A DNA stretch of 64,000 nt from Candidatus Latescibacterota bacterium. Lineage in GTDB: Bacteria; Latescibacterota; UBA2968; UBA8231. Shown here in pieces: positions 55,718 to 64,000 of the stretch (position 1 is the first letter of the stretch; each line of letters starts with the position of its first letter). Where the stretch lies: assembly GCA_965200315.1 (NCBI GenBank), contig OZ241362.1, positions 2,080,001 through 2,144,000 on the forward strand, written 5' to 3'. The notes beneath the pieces are model-generated. The model was not told the DNA's origin and did not search any database. It saw only the letters and a list, made by a program, of their open reading frames with translations. The position numbers and the translations under genes are program-made.

Positions 55718-58225
55718 CTAAGCGGCAAACTGGTTCAGGGACACGTAATCCTTGACATACTCGGGAACGAGCGTCCGATATGGTTCCGGCACCGCGCGAA
55801 AGTCGCGGGAGGAAAAGGCCGGATTGGTCGCCAATGCAGCAAAGCGTCGATTCTCAATAATGTCTCGGGTCTGGCCGCTGGTCAGGTACGCCTTGAAGTA
55901 CGCCCTAATCGCCGCAATGGATTCAGCCTCGTCGGGTTTGTGATCAACGACGAATTTGGCGAACTCCTCTTCGAGCAACTCGTCTATCGACTTAAAACGC
56001 GGAATGAGGTCAAAAACCTTCTCCAGTATCTCGCGCAAGGTTAGGCGGCGGTCCACCGCAGCGGCTTGGCGCAGCTTGGCGAGGGTGTAGTACTCCTCGG
56101 GTTTGTCGAAGACTTCTTGGTTCACATAGTCGATGGCGCGATCCCATTGGCCCGCCTCAATGGCTCGGGCAATGAAGTCGTTTTCGCGCACCTCGTCGGC
56201 AAAGCGGTCGAAAAACATCCGATCAATTCTCATCCCCTCGGAGCCGATTTGCTCTTGCTCAATTGTCGAGAGGAAGTCGCTTCCCAAGTGCTCGTAGAGG
56301 CTGGCATATACAACCGGCCTTGGGCCGTCGCCATCGCCTTTGTCTCGCAGCCGAGGCAGTTCCAATACCTCGTCGTAGTTGAACTCGCTCTCGAAGTATT
56401 GGCAGTTGCCGAAGAAGTCGAACAGCTTGAAGGTGGTCTTTTCCGGCTCAGGGGCCACGTCTGTGGCGCGGCGACCTATCATCTGGTCGAGGAAGTTGTG
56501 CTTTCTGGTGCCGCGCCCCTTGATCTGGACGAAATCCGTCGGCGAGAATATCGGCCTGAACAGACCCAAGTTGAGAATGTCGGTACAGTCGTAGCCAGTG
56601 GTCATCATGCCGACGGTTACGCATATCCGCGCCTTGCTCGTCCGGTACTCGCGCATGAAGTTGCCGGAGCCCAAGAGGTTGTTGTTGGCAAAGTTGACCG
56701 CGAATTGCTGGGCGTCCGCCACGTGCGACGTAACTTGCACCGCAAAGTCCGACTGGTACTTGTCCGGAAACATGCGGTCGGCGATCTCGTTGAATAGCTG
56801 CGTTAGCTTGGCCGCGTGAGTCTGGCTCACTGCAAAGGCGATAGACTTCCCAATTTCCCCGCTGATCGGATCGCGGAGCGCATTCTCCAAGAAGGTTCGG
56901 CAGAAGACCGCGTTCGTAGCTTCCGAGAAAAACTCCCGCTCAAAGTCGCGCTTTTTGAACGCCTCCTGCTGCTCTCCCTCATCATCGGAGAAAGACACCA
57001 CAAAGCCCTTGTCAGCGAGAAGCTGAGTGGTCACCTCGGTGCGTACATCCACAACTCGAGGATTGATCAGATACCCATCGCGAACCCCGTCGAGCAGGGA
57101 GTAGCGGAACGTCGGATCGCCACTTTCGCAGCCAAAGGTGCGGTACGTGTCGAGCAGCAACCGGCGCTCCACCTCGCGCGGATCGGTCGCATGAGTGCCT
57201 CTGAGGTAATCGCGAGGCGTCGCGGTCAGCCCCAGCTTGTACCCGACGAAGTAATCGAATACAGCGCGGGCGTTGCCGCTGATAGACCGGTGCGCCTCGT
57301 CCGAAATCACCAAGTCGAAGTCGGTCGGCGAAAACAGCGACTGGTACTTGTTGTTGAACAGCAGCGACTGAACAGTCGTGACCACAATGTGCGCCCGCCA
57401 ATCGTCGCGTTTTTCCTTGTAGATGACCGCGTCGAAGTCGTTCGCCAAGTACGGGACGAAGGACTTGTTCGCCGCTTGGGCTTCCAACTCCAGCCGATCG
57501 ACCAAGAAGAGAACGCGGCGAGCGTTGCCAGTGCGGAGAAATAGCTTGATAACAGCGGCGGCCACTAGCGTCTTGCCAGTGCCGGTGGCCATCTCGAACA
57601 GAAATCGGTCGCGTCCGTCGCGGACGGCCCGCTGCAAACGGTGGATCGCTCGCACCTGGTAATCGCGCAAAAAGCGCAAGCCGTGCGTCTGAATGTATCC
57701 AGAACGCTCGGCCTCGTTGCGCCACCCGGCCTCGGCCGCATAGTTGGGTCGCTGCGTGAGCGCGATGTAGTCGTGGCCAACCCGTTCATCAATCAGGCGC
57801 TGCGGGTTGGGCGCAACCTGTCTGTACCCTTCCACCGAGTCCGGCGATGGGAACGCCGTAATGATATGCGGATTGCCGCGCTCTAGATCCCAGAAGTAAT
57901 GCAGATTGCCGTTGGAGAGGATGACGAAGCGGCAGTTCAGCGAGCGGGCGTAGCGGCGGGCCTGCTCTTTGCCGACCAGTGGGTCTTTGTCCTCGGACTT
58001 GGCTTCCAACACGACCAGTGGGAACCCTCGGTCGTCAATGAGCAGAAAATCGACAAACCCCCGGCCGGACTCAAAATTGTTGCCTAAGCTATCGAGATCG
58101 TCGCGCTTGAGGGCGATGTGCGCCTCCAAGCGGATATTGGCCGGTCCCTTGTCGTCGTCGAAGAATCGCCAACCCGCGTTTGCGAGCAACTGGTCGATTT
58201 TGCGCCGAGCAGCAGCCTCGCTCAT
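55718..58225 (-). CDS. hsdR: Type I restriction endonuclease subunit R (SF2 helicase)
   Basis: FVDFLL..LEAK nuclease, LRDYQ, MATGTGKT, DEAH, TAT, TGYD, QIKGRGTR. Confidence 0.88.
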   Translation of the reverse strand: MSEAAARRKIDQLLANAGWRFFDDDKGPANIRLEAHIALKRDDLDSLGNNFESGRGFVDFLLIDDRGFPLVVLEAKSEDKDPLVGKEQARRYARSLNCRFVILSNGNLHYFWDLERGNPHIITAFPSPDSVEGYRQVAPNPQRLIDERVGHDYIALTQRPNYAAEAGWRNEAERSGYIQTHGLRFLRDYQVRAIHRLQRAVRDGRDRFLFEMATGTGKTLVAAAVIKLFLRTGNARRVLFLVDRLELEAQAANKSFVPYLANDFDAVIYKEKRDDWRAHIVVTTVQSLLFNNKYQSLFSPTDFDLVISDEAHRSISGNARAVFDYFVGYKLGLTATPRDYLRGTHATDPREVERRLLLDTYRTFGCESGDPTFRYSLLDGVRDGYLINPRVVDVRTEVTTQLLADKGFVVSFSDDEGEQQEAFKKRDFEREFFSEATNAVFCRTFLENALRDPISGEIGKSIAFAVSQTHAAKLTQLFNEIADRMFPDKYQSDFAVQVTSHVADAQQFAVNFANNNLLGSGNFMREYRTSKARICVTVGMMTTGYDCTDILNLGLFRPIFSPTDFVQIKGRGTRKHNFLDQMIGRRATDVAPEPEKTTFKLFDFFGNCQYFESEFNYDEVLELPRLRDKGDGDGPRPVVYASLYEHLGSDFLSTIEQEQIGSEGMRIDRMFFDRFADEVRENDFIARAIEAGQWDRAIDYVNQEVFDKPEEYYTLAKLRQAAAVDRRLTLREILEKVFDLIPRFKSIDELLEEEFAKFVVDHKPDEAESIAAIRAYFKAYLTSGQTRDIIENRRFAALATNPAFSSRDFRAVPEPYRTLVPEYVKDYVSLNQFAA

Positions 58226-59253
58226 CCCCCCTCCGCCACCAACACCGGCTCCCGCTCTAAGCGAATCCCAAAAGCCTGCTGCACCCCCTCTCGTATCTCA
58301 CCGGCCAAGGCGAGTACCTCGCGAGTCGTGCCGCTGCGATTGACCAAAGCCAGCGCGTGTCGCTGTGAGATGCCAACGCCGCCCCTTTGCAGCCCCTTGT
58401 GAAACCCCGCTTGCTCAACGAGCCAAGCGGCGGGCACTTTGACGCCAGCCGAATCGGGAAAGTGCGGAACGCTCGGATAGCGGTCCTTTAACGCAGCAAA
58501 GGCTTCCGCGTCGATGACTGGATTTAAGAAGAAGGAGCCGACCGAGCGCGAATTTGGGTCTTGCCGGTCAATGACCATGGACTTACCGCGGCGGAGCGCC
58601 AGCACCGCGTCGCGCACAGTAGCTAAGGTCGGGCGGGCGTCGTTCAGATGCCGACGCAGCTCCGGGTAGCGAATTTGCGGCTGGCCGCTGGCATCTAAGC
58701 GATACGTCACCGAGGTCACAATAAAGAGGTCGCGGTCGGCGCCCTTAAAGCGGCTCTGGCGGTAGGCAAAGCCGCATTCGGCCGGGGCAAACGCGATCTC
58801 CTCCAAGGTCTGGCGGTCGAGCACCCGCACTTCTACGATGGTGTCTTTTACTTCTTGGCCATACGCGCCCACGTTTTGGATAGGCGTCGCACCCACCGAT
58901 CCGGGGATGCCCGAAAGACACTCCACCCCGGCCAAACCGCGCTTTACACAGCACTGGACAAAGCCATCCCAATCCTCGCCAGCCGCTACCTCAGCAGTCG
59001 CGCCATTGAACTCCAAGCCACTGAGTGCCACTTTGAGCACCAAGCCGCTGTACCCAGCATCGGCAAAGAGCACGTTGCTGCCGCCGCCGAGCACTTGCAC
59101 GGGCAGGCCCTCGGCCACCGCCCATGTCAAGCAGGTGCGCATCTGGTCTAGGGAAGTGCATTCGGCCAAGTAGCGCGCCGGACCGCCGAGGCCGAGGGTG
59201 GTGAGGGGAGCGAGTGGGATATGCTCGCGGAGGATAGGGGACGGCTTTGCCAT
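58222..59253 (-). CDS. murB: UDP-N-acetylenolpyruvoylglucosamine reductase
   Basis: ATG 59253; LGGGSN, GIPGSVGATPIQNVGAYG, YRQSRFK, GSFFLNP, HALALVN, LEREP. Confidence 0.93.
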   Translation of the reverse strand: MAKPSPILREHIPLAPLTTLGLGGPARYLAECTSLDQMRTCLTWAVAEGLPVQVLGGGSNVLFADAGYSGLVLKVALSGLEFNGATAEVAAGEDWDGFVQCCVKRGLAGVECLSGIPGSVGATPIQNVGAYGQEVKDTIVEVRVLDRQTLEEIAFAPAECGFAYRQSRFKGADRDLFIVTSVTYRLDASGQPQIRYPELRRHLNDARPTLATVRDAVLALRRGKSMVIDRQDPNSRSVGSFFLNPVIDAEAFAALKDRYPSVPHFPDSAGVKVPAAWLVEQAGFHKGLQRGGVGISQRHALALVNRSGTTREVLALAGEIREGVQQAFGIRLEREPVLVAEGG

Positions 59254-59346
59254 GAAGTGACGCCTCGTTTTGCATGTATGGGCATTTGCGTTGCACTGTC
59301 TATATAGAGAATATAGGGCGTATAATGCACAACGCCGGAGCACGCG

Positions 59347-59817
59347 ATGAAAAAGACCCTCTATCTCGCCAGCCCGTATGGATTCTCGCCCCAATGGAAG
59401 GAGCAACTGCTGCCCCAGTTCGTCTCGGCCTTAGAGGCATTGGGAGCTGAGGTCTGGGAGCCTTTTGCCCGCAACAACCAAGTCGATTTTTCCGCGCCGG
59501 GCTGGGCCTACCAAGTCGGCCAAGCTGACTTGCGCGACGTGGTCGCGGCCGACGCGATCTTCGCCATTGTCAATGGGACGCCGCCGGATGAGGGGGTGAT
59601 GGTCGAGTTGGGGGCGGCCATTGCCCTCGGCAAGCCGACCTTTCTCTTCCGCGACGACTTCCGCCGCTGCACGGATTCAGAAAACTACCCCCTGAACCTG
59701 ATGCTGTTCACCGGCCTGCCGGAAGACGGCTGGGAAGCCTACTACTACACATCGCTCGCAGAAATTAGCGCACCCGACAAGGCCCTCGCGCGCTGGCTGC
59801 GGGACGAACGGACCTGA
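59347..59817 (+). CDS. Nucleoside 2-deoxyribosyltransferase family protein
   Basis: YLASPYGF, DLRDV, PPDEGVMVELG, NLML. Confidence 0.82.
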   Translation: MKKTLYLASPYGFSPQWKEQLLPQFVSALEALGAEVWEPFARNNQVDFSAPGWAYQVGQADLRDVVAADAIFAIVNGTPPDEGVMVELGAAIALGKPTFLFRDDFRRCTDSENYPLNLMLFTGLPEDGWEAYYYTSLAEISAPDKALARWLRDERT

Positions 59818-59818
59818 C

Positions 59819-61099
59819 ATGCGCACGAGCATTCCCCCCCACTTGCTGCAAGACCCAGAGGTTGAGGCGTCCGAAAAGGTCTTGCGCGCCTGCGTCCACT
59901 GCGGCTTTTGCAATGCCACTTGCCCCACCTACCTGCTCACCGGCAACGAACTCGAAGGGCCGCGCGGCCGCATCTACCTCATCAAAAGCGTTCTCGAAGA
60001 GGACATCCCCCCGACCCGCCAAACGGTCGAACACATTGACAACTGCCTCGGCTGCCTCGCGTGTGAGACCACCTGCCCAAGCGGCGTGGATTATTCGCTC
60101 CTCTTAGAAACGGCCCGGCCGCGGCTGGATCAGCTCGTCAAGCGTCCCTTGGCCGACCGCCTGCTGCGCGCCCTGCTGACGCGGCTGCTGCCCTACCCCG
60201 GCCGCACGCGCTTGGCACTCAGAATGGCTGGCGTGGGCCGCACGTTTTCCTTCCTGATGCCCCGCGCCATGCGGCCCCTGTTGGCGATGGCACCCAAGCG
60301 ATTGCCGCGACCCGCTTCTGTCGCCCGGCCCGGCGTCGTGCCTGCCGAAGGCGAGCGTCGGCTGCGCGTGGCCCTGCTCACCGGGTGCGTCCAACAAGTG
60401 CTGGGGCCGCAGATCAACGACGCGACCGTGCGGCTGCTGACGCGGCTGGGGGCTGAGGTGGTCATCCCGCCGGATATGGGCTGTTGCGGCGCGCTGACTT
60501 TCCACATGGGCGAGCGTCCGCGCAGCCGCAAGCTAATGCAGCGCGCTATTGCGGTTTGGCAGCGCGAGTTGGACGTGGGTTTGGACGCGATTGTGCTCAA
60601 CACGTCTGGGTGCGGCACGGCCATCAAAGAATACGATCACATCTTCGGCCACGATCCCCAGTGGGCCGACAAGGCTAGGGCGGTGGTGGAGCGGGTGCGG
60701 GATGTCTCCGAGGTGGTGGCGCAATTGGGGTTGGGCAAGGCCAATCACGCGCCGGCCCTAAAGGTGGCGTATCACGACGCCTGTTCCCTCCAACACGGCC
60801 TGCACGTCACCGATCCACCAAGGCAACTGCTACAGGCCGCGGGCTTTGAGGTCGTCGAGGTGCCCGAGGGCCATATCTGCTGCGGCAGCGCGGGCACCTA
60901 CAACATGCTGCGCCCCGACTTGGCGCAAAAGCTACAAGCGCGCAAAGTAGAGCACATAGCCAGCGTCACGCCACAGATCGTAGCGGCGGGCAACATCGGC
61001 TGCATGGAACAAATCGCCGCTCGCGCCGAGGTGCCGGTCGTTCACACGGTCGAGCTGCTCGACTGGGCGACGGGCGGGCCCGCGCCGGTGGGGGTGTAA
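59819..61099 (+). CDS. glcF: Glycolate oxidase iron-sulfur subunit
   Basis: CVHCGFCNATCP, CLGCLACETTCP, two CCG domains, NIGC. Confidence 0.9.
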   Translation: MRTSIPPHLLQDPEVEASEKVLRACVHCGFCNATCPTYLLTGNELEGPRGRIYLIKSVLEEDIPPTRQTVEHIDNCLGCLACETTCPSGVDYSLLLETARPRLDQLVKRPLADRLLRALLTRLLPYPGRTRLALRMAGVGRTFSFLMPRAMRPLLAMAPKRLPRPASVARPGVVPAEGERRLRVALLTGCVQQVLGPQINDATVRLLTRLGAEVVIPPDMGCCGALTFHMGERPRSRKLMQRAIAVWQRELDVGLDAIVLNTSGCGTAIKEYDHIFGHDPQWADKARAVVERVRDVSEVVAQLGLGKANHAPALKVAYHDACSLQHGLHVTDPPRQLLQAAGFEVVEVPEGHICCGSAGTYNMLRPDLAQKLQARKVEHIASVTPQIVAAGNIGCMEQIAARAEVPVVHTVELLDWATGGPAPVGV

Positions 61100-61112
61100 G
61101 GGGTTGCTGCGC

Positions 61113-61577
61113 TTACGACGCCAAGGCTGCCAGTATCTCTTCTGGAGTTCGGGCGGGCGAGGCAAACGGATTGACCACCTGAACTGCGCCGAACTCTTGG
61201 CCGTGTTGCAGGTCCTCGGTCAGCAGAACTTTGCACTCGCAGGTCTGGGCGGCGGCGATGATGAGCGCGTCCCACCAAGACAAGGGAAAGCGGTCCTGCA
61301 AGACCCAAGCTCGGTTCAGCATCGCTAGGTCAGCGGCTACCGGCTGCCACGTTGCGAGCACCTTGATGATCTCTTGGGCCTCCGACCGGCTGAAGTTCAG
61401 CCGTTGCTCGTGCGTGAGAGTTACGTAGAGTTCTTGAAGAACCTGAAAGCTCAGACGACCGGAGCGGCTGTGTGCGAGCAGCCTGATCCATTGCTCGGCG
61501 CAAGCCTGCTTTGACGGCTCCGAGCTATCGTGGCGATAGACGAAGACATTGGTGTCAACGAAGACCGGGCCGGTCAT
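61113..61577 (-). CDS. PIN domain toxin (VapC family)
   Basis: VFVDTNVFVY, QVLQELY, SWWDALI, LLTEDLQHG. Confidence 0.9.
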   Translation of the reverse strand: MTGPVFVDTNVFVYRHDSSEPSKQACAEQWIRLLAHSRSGRLSFQVLQELYVTLTHEQRLNFSRSEAQEIIKVLATWQPVAADLAMLNRAWVLQDRFPLSWWDALIIAAAQTCECKVLLTEDLQHGQEFGAVQVVNPFASPARTPEEILAALAS

Positions 61578-61797
61578 ACAATTCCTCGCGTGTCGGCCTG
61601 CGACCGTTTAGCCAGGTCATCTTGCGTGGCTTCATCGCCAAGTAACGCTTCATTGCGACCTCGTACTCATCTTCTTGACGCTGCATACTTTCGAGCAGTT
61701 CGGCCAGCCACTTGGAGACGCTGCGCTCGTTTTCAGCGGCCTTGACCCGCAGCCACCGGGCGACATCCTCCGGCAGGGTGATGGTGATGTTCTTCAT
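61555..61797 (-). CDS. Ribbon-helix-helix antitoxin (VapB-like)
   Basis: MKNITITLPEDVARWLRVKAA..SVS; C-terminal TREELYDR; overlaps the PIN gene. Confidence 0.82.
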   Translation of the reverse strand: MKNITITLPEDVARWLRVKAAENERSVSKWLAELLESMQRQEDEYEVAMKRYLAMKPRKMTWLNGRRPTREELYDRPGLR

Positions 61798-61848
61798 ACG
61801 AAGACCTCCAATATCCGCAAAATAGTCCGTGATGATCTATATAACATG

Positions 61849-61877
61849 AGAATAGTGGAACACAGAAACTGTGTCAA
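61849..61877 (-). promoter_or_regulatory. Sigma70 promoter of the TA operon with overlapping operator
   Basis: Minus strand TTGACA-17 nt-TATTCT; palindrome ACACAG-AAA-CTGTGT at 61860-61874. Confidence 0.7.
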
Positions 61878-61900
61878 TGAAGCCGAGATTATTACTCAAC

Positions 61901-62339
61901 CTATTCGGCAAACTTTTGCTTGAGTGCTCCCCAGCTCTCGGCAGCTATCGCGCTGGCCGGGCTATATATCTCGGTGAGGCGGGCGATTTGGGTGGCCGTA
62001 GGCGGCGGGAGGGTGCCGCTGGCGAAAGTCTGCTTCGTCTCTACAACCGAGACGACGGCCCCAATCCCACGGGCATACCAAACATAGGCATCTATCTCGG
62101 CGGTCACTTCGCCCAAAGACGCGAGTTGATCGTTGCCGGTGAAGGTAACGACGCCGGTGCCGGTCTGGTGGAGGCGCAGGCACTCAAAGGTGCCCGCGGG
62201 TAGCCGAATCTCGCCCCACGCATCAATCGCGTACTGATAGTTGTACAGGCCGGAGCTTATCACCCGAGGTGCTAGGGTCTGGTCCAAGGAGAAATTTTCG
62301 ATCATCCAGCTTTTGCCGAATTCCAGAGGCCAAGGACAT
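61901..62339 (-). pseudogene. Internally deleted protein with C-terminal SWGALK motif
   Basis: AAGGAG RBS + ATG 62339 is out of frame with PWPLEFGKSWMIENF..DAWGEIRLPAGTFECLR..WYARGIG..ESWGALKQKFAE*. Confidence 0.55.
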
Positions 62340-62386
62340 GGTGGTACTCCTTCTGGTGATGATGATGAAGATAGGGAGGCGTACGC

Positions 62387-62566
62387 TCACGACGCCAAGG
62401 CCGCCAGTGTCTCCTCCGGCGTTCGGTCCGGCGAGGCAAACGGATTGACCACCTCAACTGCGCCGAATCCTTGGCCGGGTTGCCGGTCCTCAGTCCGCAG
62501 AACCTGCGCGGCGGCGATGCGGAGCGCATCCCACCAAGACGAGGGGACGCGGCCCAAGCTCGATTT
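62387..62566 (-). pseudogene. Degenerate duplicate of the 3' part of the PIN toxin gene
   Basis: Aligns by eye to 61113-61320 (WWDAL..LRTED..GAVEVVNPFASP.RTPEE.LAALAS*) with small deletions. Confidence 0.8.
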
Positions 62567-62648
62567 AGGGTGGCCTTTTGCACGGCAGACTCTCCTCGGT
62601 TGAGGTCCAAGGTCGAGCATGGGGTTTACTCCTTTGCCATTGCTTTCG

Positions 62649-63080
62649 TCAATGGTTGATCGGCACCTTTTCGCCAGTTTCCGCGCTCGCGTAAATCGCG
62701 TCCAGCAGCTTCATGAAGGTCAGCGCCTCGTCGGGAGAGACATCGGGCGCCTGGGCACCGCGAATCGCACCGGCAAAATCGCGGATCTCCGCGTTGAAAT
62801 CACCGTCTCCGTGTTCCACAAAGTCCCCAGTGGAATCGTCGCCCTCAGTGTAGATGGCACCCAGCAACCGGCGCGTCCCCGCACGTTTCTTGCCCGCGGG
62901 CAGAGAAGTGGACTCCACCTCAATCGTGCCATTCGTACCCAAGATGCGCAAGCGCAAATCCCACGCCCGGTCCGCCCAGGTGGGAATGACCGCGGAAGTA
63001 TCCATCTGAATTGTCACACCGCCGGCGCACCCCACCAGAAAGCTCATATAATCCTCGGAGTGCCGCTCTACGCTTAGGGT
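62649..63080 (-). pseudogene. C-terminal fragment of a Gfo/Idh/MocA oxidoreductase
   Basis: SEDY..LRILGTNGTIE..EIRDFAGAIRG..EALTFMKLLDAIYASAETGEKV; Rossmann N-terminus absent. Confidence 0.65.
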
Positions 63081-63139
63081 CGTTGGAAACGCGCTATGGC
63101 TGACGGCAAAGGCCCATTCGGGTTGCGGACAACCGAGTA

Positions 63140-63394
63140 AAAACCAGGCCACAAAGGGTGGTGCGGCACGATCGCGGACGAGCCGCTGTGGATGGCCTGG
63201 TGCCGACCTCGGTACTCGCCGCTGATCGAAGATGCGAGCGCTTCGATTTTGCAGCCGGGACCTTGGGGGTTGGCGTCTGTGTGCCGCAGGCGTACCAGTT
63301 GGGCGCGGTACGCGGGCGCTTCGCTGCTGACCATAAAGCGTATGGTCTGCCCGGGCCGTACGCTGAAACGGTCGCTGTACCCGACGATTTTCAT
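63140..63394 (-). pseudogene. N-terminal fragment of N,N-dimethylformamidase beta-subunit family protein
   Basis: GGAG RBS; MKIVGYSDRFSVRPGQTIRFMVSSE..YRAQLVRLRHTDANPQGPG..QAIHSGS; family members are much longer. Confidence 0.6.
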
Positions 63395-63492
63395 TGATTT
63401 CTCCGCGCCACTAGGGCCGTGTAACGCCCCTGCAACTGGTCCGCAATAGCCTCTATAGTTGAACGCGGAAATTGTGTCAATGACGGAGATTG

Positions 63493-63547
63493 TTGACAAC
63501 AAGAGGTGTGCGGTTTAATATGGTCATGTAAAATGACTATATAGTCA
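63493..63547 (+). promoter_or_regulatory. Promoter and palindromic operator of Phd-VapC operon
   Basis: TTGACA (63493)-17 nt-TAATAT; perfect palindrome TGACTATATAGTCA 63534-63547 just before AGGAG. Confidence 0.65.
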
Positions 63548-63559
63548 GGAGTTGAGACC

Positions 63560-63799
63560 ATGCAGATGTCTATCAGCGAGTTCAAAGCCAAATGCACCCA
63601 AGTCGTGCGCGAAGTCGGCACCAAATACCAAGCCGTGGAGTTGACCAATCGCGGCAAGGTCGTAGCGCGCATCGTCCCTCCTGAGCCGGAGACCAAACCC
63701 GACCCCCAATCTTTCTTCGGCTCGCTCCGCGGTACGGTCGCGTACCAGCCCGGTTGGGATGAGCCGCTCGGCGAGGATGATTGGGAAGCCTGCCAGTGA
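63560..63799 (+). CDS. Phd/YefM family antitoxin
   Basis: MSISEFKAKC..VELTNRGKVVARIVP..FGSLRG. Confidence 0.88.
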   Translation: MQMSISEFKAKCTQVVREVGTKYQAVELTNRGKVVARIVPPEPETKPDPQSFFGSLRGTVAYQPGWDEPLGEDDWEACQ

Positions 63800-64000
63800 A
63801 GTACTTGCTCGACACCCATGCGTGGATCTGGGCTTTGGAGGCACCGGAAAAACTGCCCGCCCCAATAAGAGCGATGCTGCTGGAGCCGGATCACCTGCCC
63901 TTTGGGCTAGCGGCGATTAGTCCTTGGGAAGTGGCAAAAAAAGCGTCCCAGGGGCTTCTGCATTTATCTATGCCTGTGCGCCAGTGGGTAGCCCACGCCA
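63796..64000 (+). CDS. PIN domain toxin (VapC family), partial
   Basis: GTG 63796 overlapping antitoxin stop; MKYLLDTHAWIW..ISPWEVAKK; runs off window. Confidence 0.85.
   Translation, partial: MKYLLDTHAWIWALEAPEKLPAPIRAMLLEPDHLPFGLAAISPWEVAKKASQGLLHLSMPVRQWVAHA

Noticed and set aside
59254-59406. N-terminal extension of murB
   Set aside because: Overlaps the divergent gene at 59347; MurB similarity begins after 59253.

Overview
GC-rich bacterial window with no rRNA, tRNA, CRISPR array or intact IS transposase that I can see. The gene families (secreted proteins ending in an FlgD-Ig/TPNGD-type domain, ASPIC/UnbV-CRTAC1 plus TPR lipoprotein pairs, many Gfo/Idh/MocA oxidoreductases, PhyH-HEAT fusion, Rpn and Uma2 nucleases, a C-terminal WGxxK motif) suggest a Latescibacterota/Poribacteria-like, possibly host-associated organism; this is inference, not a database result. 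Contents in order: three tandem secreted proteins sharing a C-terminal domain and a large frameshifted secreted protein (1-8.3 kb); TPR/CRTAC1/PPIase modules; an Rpn nuclease with an upstream sigma54-type promoter and an internal SD+ATG (gene-in-gene antitoxin candidate); an RND MFP plus two permeases, an ABC transporter and DUF1854; uxuA-like/enolase/GNAT genes; a pncA-pncB-aminotransferase-nadE NAD salvage operon preceded by an unexplained ~105-nt structured element; a defence island (NYN, deleted HipA-like kinase plus HIRAN, ABC-ATPase plus DUF3226/TOPRIM, type I R-M coupled to murB); and VapBC modules. Many genes are internally deleted or frameshifted, several at homopolymers that may be sequencing errors. 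Best candidates for new biology: the C-terminal-domain cargo cluster, the structured leader of the NAD salvage operon, the Rpn locus and the ATPase-TOPRIM pair.
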